A DNA stretch of 62,775 nt, the filler included, from Candidatus Zapsychrus exili (lineage in GTDB: Bacteria; Omnitrophota; Gorgyraeia; Zapsychrales; Zapsychraceae), in the NCBI GenBank assembly GCA_030765585.1. It is 5 parts of 5 records of this genome, joined end to end, with 100 filler letters (N's around TTAATTAATTAA, not from the genome) between each part and the next. Parts side by side here need not be neighbours in the genome. Positions count along the whole stretch, not along the records: positions 32,212 to 60,002 come from JAVCCJ010000022.1; positions 60,103 to 62,775 come from JAVCCJ010000046.1; 3 more parts are not named here. One strand, given 5' to 3'. A model generated the notes under the pieces. It was not told the DNA's origin, searched no databases, and worked only from the letters and a program-made list of their open reading frames with translations. Position 1 is the stretch's first letter; each line of letters begins with the position of its first letter. The translations under genes were made by a program, and so were the position numbers. Shown one piece after another: positions 57,531-62,775 of this stretch.

Positions 57531-60002
57531 TTAAGATTTAATTGCTTTGGAAAGTTCTAGCGTTTGGACTTCATTCGGGCTATCGTCTTCGACTGCGCCC
57601 AATAATAAAGGTAGGTTTACGACAGGTGTAATGCTGAAGATTACAGGAATTAGACCATTTATCTCAATATTCTCTAAATCGCCAGTATCAATATCAAACT
57701 CTTGACCCTCCCCTCTTATTTGAAGGTCTATTTTGTCTGGATTTAGGTTAATACCACCGACTTCTTTATCCGTCAGCATTGCTTTATCTTCCATTACAGG
57801 GTCTTCTCTCTTAGCTTTAAAAGCCAACATATAGCTTTTATATTGTTCTTTCGCAATACGCTTTTCTGTATATGATTTTATCCATTTCTTAGAGGCATTT
57901 AAACCTTTTAAAATATCAACGTTTTTATTGTCCTGCGGAAAAGCATAAACTTTAACCTCTAGTTCAAAATTAGGAAAATATTTCTTAAAAATTCTCCCCA
58001 TTATTGTACGAAAAAATATTTGATTAATTGTAATTTCATCTTCTTCTAAATCCTCAATAAACTTATTATCAACGATTTTAAAAAGCTTTGCCTCATCTGC
58101 CATCATTGCTTGATCAACTAAGACTGATTCCTCCAAAACCGGTTTTCTTATTTTTCCGTTTGCTTCAAAACCGCTAAAAGTATAATTTACATCCATCAAA
58201 GCTTCTGTAAATATTTTTGTTTCTCTTCTGACCGGTTCAATCTTAAATTTCCAATCATCATATTTTTCCCAAAACTGAACAGTTAATCTTTTAAAAATAG
58301 GTTCCATATATTTCTTTCCTCTAAGCCTATCTTTAGTTCCATTGGTATCATTGCCCAAAGATACTAATCTAAAATATATGCTTTGTAGTCTTTTATGCTC
58401 TTCAACAGAAATACTAAAAATAAAGTCACCTTTAGAAATATTACCTCCCAATATATATTCTTCAAATTTCTTAACCTTAACATATGCACTCCCTATTTTT
58501 ATATTGCCAGCAATTATATTTTCTAACTTATCTACTATAGCAATATGATGAAAAACCCCTTCTCCCCTATCAATTTCTAAAGACAAAAATACTATTTCAT
58601 CTAAATGTATAACATCTGTTTGCTCATAGAACTTCTCTATTATTTGTTCTCTAGTGCCGGCAAGTTCTACCACTTTTGGGTCTTTATCCCAACTTAACTT
58701 AGCGTTAATTTCACGATTAAGCTTTTTAAATTCTTCCCAAAGCTGTGTGCCTTCTAAAAGAGTTTGAAATGATAATAAGCTTGGCTTCTCTACCAACATT
58801 GCATTATCTTTCTCCGGAAACAATTCCTTCTTGTCTTTATTGGCTTTTATGACTTCCTTTAAGAATATTGTCTTAAATTTAGCTTCACTTAAATTATAAT
58901 CATTAGTCTTAAAATCTAAATTTTTATGCGCAATACCATTTAAGCCAGAAAGATTGAGCATTGTGTTAAACATATTCATAAACAAAGAATAGTTTCCGTG
59001 CTTAAAAATAATGAAGTAGTCACCCTCACTACTTGTAGATATCTTATAAAAAAGACTAGATATCCAATCAACTGTTTCTTTGCCCAAAAATCCCTTCTTA
59101 TCACTTAAGAAAACAAAATGTTTAAATACCTTGTAAATATTTATTCTCATATCATGGGTTGTTTTAAGAGAAAGGCTTTCAACGTAAGATAAAAATTCAT
59201 CCCTAAGCGAACCTTCTCCGCCAAATAATACAAAATATTTATCCTTCCAAAACATTGGTAAGGTTCTAGGTATATAAAAAGTCTCTCCGTCTACACCTGT
59301 AAGTAAGATTTTATGCAAATAGACTAGTTCTTTATCAAATTCTTTAAGAGAAAGAAGATCCTCTGTTTTAATTCTTTTTAAAAGCCTTAAAAAAGCAATA
59401 CGAACCTGTTTTTGGTTTTCAAAATAATTTTCTTGATTCTTCTTCGTATAAACTTCGGTACTATACTTAGCATATTCTAAGCTAAAACCCTCTTCACTCT
59501 TTATTACACTATCTTGAGACTTTGGGTCCCTTACAAGCTCTTTCCACTTTGTAAGAGCAGCTTCTTTAACATTAAAATTAGGCAATGCTTCCTCTATTTC
59601 AGCTAGTTCATCAGAAGATATAAAATCAAATATGTTGTAATCGGATTGCTCTGTGCGAATCTTGTTTGGTACGAAAAAACTAAACAAACTTTGTCCTGTC
59701 AACATTGCGCTATCGCCCCCTGCTTTTAATAAAACTGACTTAAGATTATTATGCTGCTCATACAAAGCAATTCCGCGGTCTCCATAGCCTATATCACCCC
59801 AAGGAAGCAAATTAAAAACATATTTTAAATCTTTCGACCAAGACATAGCTTTTTGATCCATCACCACGTACTTTACATTTTCTAAGAAATATTTATGATT
59901 GTTAATAACACCATCGAAAGCCTTCATAAAAAATAAATCAATTTCTTTATTGATAAGCTTTTCAGCTAAAATATTGTCCGACATAATATTAGGGTCACTT
60001 TC
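57531..60002 (-). CDS. C-terminal part of a second D-x-A-M modular protein (5'-truncated by contig end)
   Basis: Frame open to contig edge (ESDPNIMSDN...); DSAM, DNAM, DQAM, DKAM; C-terminus GGINLNP...DLQI...INGLIPVIFSITPVVNLPLLLG homologous to the giant ORF. Confidence 0.85.
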   Translation of the reverse strand, partial: ESDPNIMSDNILAEKLINKEIDLFFMKAFDGVINNHKYFLENVKYVVMDQKAMSWSKDLKYVFNLLPWGDIGYGDRGIALYEQHNNLKSVLLKAGGDSAMLTGQSLFSFFVPNKIRTEQSDYNIFDFISSDELAEIEEALPNFNVKEAALTKWKELVRDPKSQDSVIKSEEGFSLEYAKYSTEVYTKKNQENYFENQKQVRIAFLRLLKRIKTEDLLSLKEFDKELVYLHKILLTGVDGETFYIPRTLPMFWKDKYFVLFGGEGSLRDEFLSYVESLSLKTTHDMRINIYKVFKHFVFLSDKKGFLGKETVDWISSLFYKISTSSEGDYFIIFKHGNYSLFMNMFNTMLNLSGLNGIAHKNLDFKTNDYNLSEAKFKTIFLKEVIKANKDKKELFPEKDNAMLVEKPSLLSFQTLLEGTQLWEEFKKLNREINAKLSWDKDPKVVELAGTREQIIEKFYEQTDVIHLDEIVFLSLEIDRGEGVFHHIAIVDKLENIIAGNIKIGSAYVKVKKFEEYILGGNISKGDFIFSISVEEHKRLQSIYFRLVSLGNDTNGTKDRLRGKKYMEPIFKRLTVQFWEKYDDWKFKIEPVRRETKIFTEALMDVNYTFSGFEANGKIRKPVLEESVLVDQAMMADEAKLFKIVDNKFIEDLEEDEITINQIFFRTIMGRIFKKYFPNFELEVKVYAFPQDNKNVDILKGLNASKKWIKSYTEKRIAKEQYKSYMLAFKAKREDPVMEDKAMLTDKEVGGINLNPDKIDLQIRGEGQEFDIDTGDLENIEINGLIPVIFSITPVVNLPLLLGAVEDDSPNEVQTLELSKAIKS

Positions 60003-60102
60003 NNNNNNNNNNNNNNNNNNNNNNNNNNNNNNNNNNNNNNNNNNNNTTAATTAATTAANNNNNNNNNNNNNNNNNNNNNNNNNNNNNNNNNNNNNNNNNN
60101 NN
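60003..60102. other. Artificial contig linker
   Basis: N44-TTAATTAATTAA-N44. Confidence 0.98.
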
Positions 60103-60104
60103 AT

Positions 60105-60245
60105 ATTATTAATCTGCTTTAAAAATATGGCATCACTCATTTGATGTGGGATAAAGACAAGTATCCAGAATGGGATTTATCATTTCTTAATTTAACTGAA
60201 GTTGTTTCATCTGGGTCTATTTCGCTTTATAAATTTAATTATTGA
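60105..60245 (+). pseudogene. 3' remnant of an upstream gene (IINLL*KYGITHLMWDK...LYKFNY)
   Basis: Reads like the C-terminal tail of a membrane glycosyltransferase; in-frame TAA at 60120 may be a contig-edge base error. Confidence 0.3.
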
Positions 60246-60246
60246 T

Positions 60247-60927
60247 ATGAAACTTAGCATAGTTGTTCCAGCGTATAATGAGTCAAAAAATTTAAAGTTG
60301 TTAATTCCACAGCTTGATACAACTTTGTCAACTCTTAATCAGGAGTATGAAATTATTATTGTCGACAACGCTTCAATTGATGATACACAGGAGACATTAT
60401 CTATATTAAAGAGTAGGTTTCCAAGAATAGTTGGCATATTTGAAGAAAAAAAAAGATTCGGAAATGCAATACTTGCTGGATTAGGGCACGCACGAGGAGA
60501 AGTTATTGGGTATATTCATGCTGACAACCAAATGGAAGCAATGGATATTGTGCATATATATCAAAAGCTTTGCCAAGAGAATTTAGATTTATGTAAGGCA
60601 ACGCGAATGGATAGGCATGATGGAGTTGTAAGATGGATTATAAGCAAGGTGTATAATTTTCTATTTCGCATAATGTTTAATGTTCGTTTGCTTGATATCA
60701 ACGGAAGCCCAAAGCTTTTTACTAGAAAATTTTTTGAACAAGCAAATATATCTTCTCGCGACTGGTTTATTGATCCTGAAATTATTATTAAAGCAGGTAG
60801 AATGCGTGTTCTTATGGGAGAAGTTGAGATACATACTAATCCGCGCGAGTACGGCTCATCTCAAGTTAGGGCAGTAACTGTTTTAGAATTTTTAAAGAAT
60901 ATGTTTCATTATTGGAGGAATGGCTAA
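60247..60927 (+). CDS. GT2 glycosyltransferase
   Basis: MKLSIVVPAYNE, VDNASIDDT, YIHADNQ. Confidence 0.88.
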   Translation: MKLSIVVPAYNESKNLKLLIPQLDTTLSTLNQEYEIIIVDNASIDDTQETLSILKSRFPRIVGIFEEKKRFGNAILAGLGHARGEVIGYIHADNQMEAMDIVHIYQKLCQENLDLCKATRMDRHDGVVRWIISKVYNFLFRIMFNVRLLDINGSPKLFTRKFFEQANISSRDWFIDPEIIIKAGRMRVLMGEVEIHTNPREYGSSQVRAVTVLEFLKNMFHYWRNG

Positions 60928-61915
60928 TATGAAAAATTTTTGGAAAAATCGAAGAGTGCTTATTACTGGGGCAAATGGATTTTTAGCAGGCTGGCTATCA
61001 AAAGATCTTATAGATCGTGGAGCTCAGCTTTGTGCTTTAATATATCAAAAAAATCCAGTATCTATATTTGAAACCAAAAAGCTTGCCAAGGATTCAAATG
61101 TTATTTATGGCGATATACTTGATTTTAATTCAATGAAAAAGATGCTCAAAGACCATAATATTCAAACAATATTTCATCTTGGTGCCCAAGCAATCTGCAA
61201 AATAGCGCTTGATGATCCAACAAGCACGCTTGATGCTAATATTCGAGGTACAATTAACGTGCTCGAAGCAGTACGCGTTACAAATCCTAGAATTCAGGTT
61301 GTTGTTGCTTCATCTGATAAGGCTTACGGAATTCATCGCAAGCTTCCATATAAAGAAACATATCCTCGTCATGGTGAATTTCCTTACGAAGTATCAAAAA
61401 GCTGTGCAGATCTTATCAGTCAGATGTATTATAATACATATTCTCTTCCAGTCTGCGTTGTCAGGAGTGGAAATCTATATGGCGGAGGGGATTCTCATTT
61501 TTCGCGAATTTTTCCTAAAACAATTCATCGCATATCGCGGAATTTACGCCCAAATCTTATAAATAATAGTATACGAGACTATCTTTATGTGCAAGATGCT
61601 GCAGATGCGTATCGGATGATTGCCGAACAAATGAATAAGGGTATAATTGGTGAAACTTTTAATACTGGACACAATAAGCCAGTGCCTGTTTCTCGTGTTT
61701 TGAATTTAATTGCAAGAACAATGGGAAAACCACACTTAAAGCCAATTCATTCAAAAAAATCTACAGCAGAGATTCCAAGCCAGTATCTTTCTATTGCTAA
61801 GATTAAAAAAATGATTGGATGGAAGCCAGAAATATCTCTAGAAGAAGGCACAAAAAGAACAGTGGATTGGTATTCTGATTTTTTTAAGTCAAATAATGTT
61901 AAGCTTTCTGATTAA
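60920..61915 (+). CDS. NDP-sugar dehydratase/epimerase (CDP-glucose or GDP-mannose 4,6-dehydratase-like)
   Basis: FWKNRRVLITGANGFLA, ASSDKAYG, PYEVSK, GNLYGGGD, RDYLYV. Confidence 0.85.
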   Translation: MANMKNFWKNRRVLITGANGFLAGWLSKDLIDRGAQLCALIYQKNPVSIFETKKLAKDSNVIYGDILDFNSMKKMLKDHNIQTIFHLGAQAICKIALDDPTSTLDANIRGTINVLEAVRVTNPRIQVVVASSDKAYGIHRKLPYKETYPRHGEFPYEVSKSCADLISQMYYNTYSLPVCVVRSGNLYGGGDSHFSRIFPKTIHRISRNLRPNLINNSIRDYLYVQDAADAYRMIAEQMNKGIIGETFNTGHNKPVPVSRVLNLIARTMGKPHLKPIHSKKSTAEIPSQYLSIAKIKKMIGWKPEISLEEGTKRTVDWYSDFFKSNNVKLSD

Positions 61916-61921
61916 TATATT

Positions 61922-62775
61922 ATGAAAAAAGATTTTAGAGGCAAGAATATTGTAATTACAGGAGCTAGTGGTTTTATTGGTTCAAAATTATCAAAAGAAC
62001 TTATTAAATTAGGTGCTAATGTTCATGCTTTAATTGATCAAAATTCTTCAATGCACAGGATTAAAGATATTCAAGAAAATATTATCATCCACAAGATAAA
62101 AAAATGGGATCAAGGGGCACTTGAAAAACTATTTAACAATATAAACCCAAATATTATATTTCATTTGCGTGCAGCTATTAATCCTGCTTCTGGGCAAGAG
62201 GCACAGAAAAATTTTTTTTTGCAAGTGAATTTTAAACAAACAAAAGAATTAGTAAATGCATCGTTTAAGTTTAATTTAGAATCATTTGTTAATACTGGTA
62301 CTATTGCAGAATATGGAGCAACTTCTACACCATTTAAAGAAAACAAAAAAGCTGAGCCAATATCAGAATATGGAGAAACTAAGCTAGCGGCAACTAAATG
62401 GATTCAATCATTTAGCCAAAAGTCTAATTTTCCAGCAGTTCTTATTCGTTCATCAGTTGTCTATGGCCCAGGACAAACACCTTATTCATATTTAGTCCCT
62501 AATGTTATAATGTCTTGCTTAAAAGGAGAAGATTTTCATATTCCATCATCTGGCTTGCAGACGCGAGACCCTTTATTTGTAGATGATGATGTTCAAGGAT
62601 TAATTGCGGCCGCAGTCTCACCAAAAGCAAAATCGGAAATTATTAATCTTGGACTAGGTAAAGAATATACAGTTGTTGGCATTGCACGTATTGTAAATAA
62701 TCAGTTTGGCAATCCAATTAATATTACAACTGGGTCTAAAATTGATAGGCCTGGAGAAAATAAAAATTACTGGCA
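61922..62775 (+). CDS. NAD-dependent epimerase/dehydratase, runs off window end
   Basis: MKKDFRGKNIVITGASGFIGS, GTIAEYG, YGETK, VYGPGQ; absent from ORF track because it has no stop. Confidence 0.85.
   Translation, partial: MKKDFRGKNIVITGASGFIGSKLSKELIKLGANVHALIDQNSSMHRIKDIQENIIIHKIKKWDQGALEKLFNNINPNIIFHLRAAINPASGQEAQKNFFLQVNFKQTKELVNASFKFNLESFVNTGTIAEYGATSTPFKENKKAEPISEYGETKLAATKWIQSFSQKSNFPAVLIRSSVVYGPGQTPYSYLVPNVIMSCLKGEDFHIPSSGLQTRDPLFVDDDVQGLIAAAVSPKAKSEIINLGLGKEYTVVGIARIVNNQFGNPINITTGSKIDRPGENKNYW

Noticed and set aside
13733..60102. Four identical TTAATTAATTAA motifs within N runs, and ORF 23879-24061 crossing one
   Set aside because: Artificial contig joiners; no biology and no synteny across them
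62212..62220. T9 tract in the last epimerase as a phase-variation site
   Set aside because: In frame and unremarkable in AT-rich DNA
660..62346. Numerous 60-170 aa antisense or alternate-frame ORFs in the track (e.g. 52020-52541, 50136-50501, 45820-46203, 61209-61562)
   Set aside because: Shadows of well-supported genes, with no motifs

Overview
AT-rich bacterial DNA made of five unrelated contigs joined by artificial 100-bp linkers (N44-TTAATTAATTAA-N44 at 13733, 23835, 32112, 60003), so synteny holds only within a contig. The gene content and giant-ORF family suggest a diderm bacterium, probably Omnitrophota (OP3); this taxonomy is inference. Contig 1 (1-13732, minus strand): malK-like ATPase, two diguanylate cyclases, ROK kinase, lptD and a nucleotide-sugar cluster that includes an orphan TPP-dependent E1 alpha/beta pair. 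Contig 2 (13833-23834): glycosylation cluster with alternating GT-C-like and GT2 genes, then WecB/TagA and a WcaJ-like transferase. Contig 3 (23935-32111): accessory region with topoisomerase III, a palindrome-rich MITE-like element, an AbiEi/AbiEii pair, a DUF1016_N-thermonuclease fusion, an RNA methyltransferase and small ORFs. Contig 4 (32212-60002): hom-thrC-coaB-apgM-lysC-cimA-valS-nadC and others, followed by the main finding. This is a 2991-aa signal-peptide-bearing polyprotein carrying GAPDH x2, PGK, enolase and class II aldolase. Its modules are delimited by a repeated D-x-A-M motif and it ends in a GGI(D/N)LNP C-terminal domain. A convergent, 5'-truncated paralog uses the same motif and C-terminus with unrelated cargo. 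Between the two genes lie a dif-like site, REP-like repeats and a probably autoregulated DUF134 gene. Contig 5 (60103-end): GT2 and two NDP-sugar epimerase/dehydratases. No rRNA, tRNA or CRISPR array was recognised.
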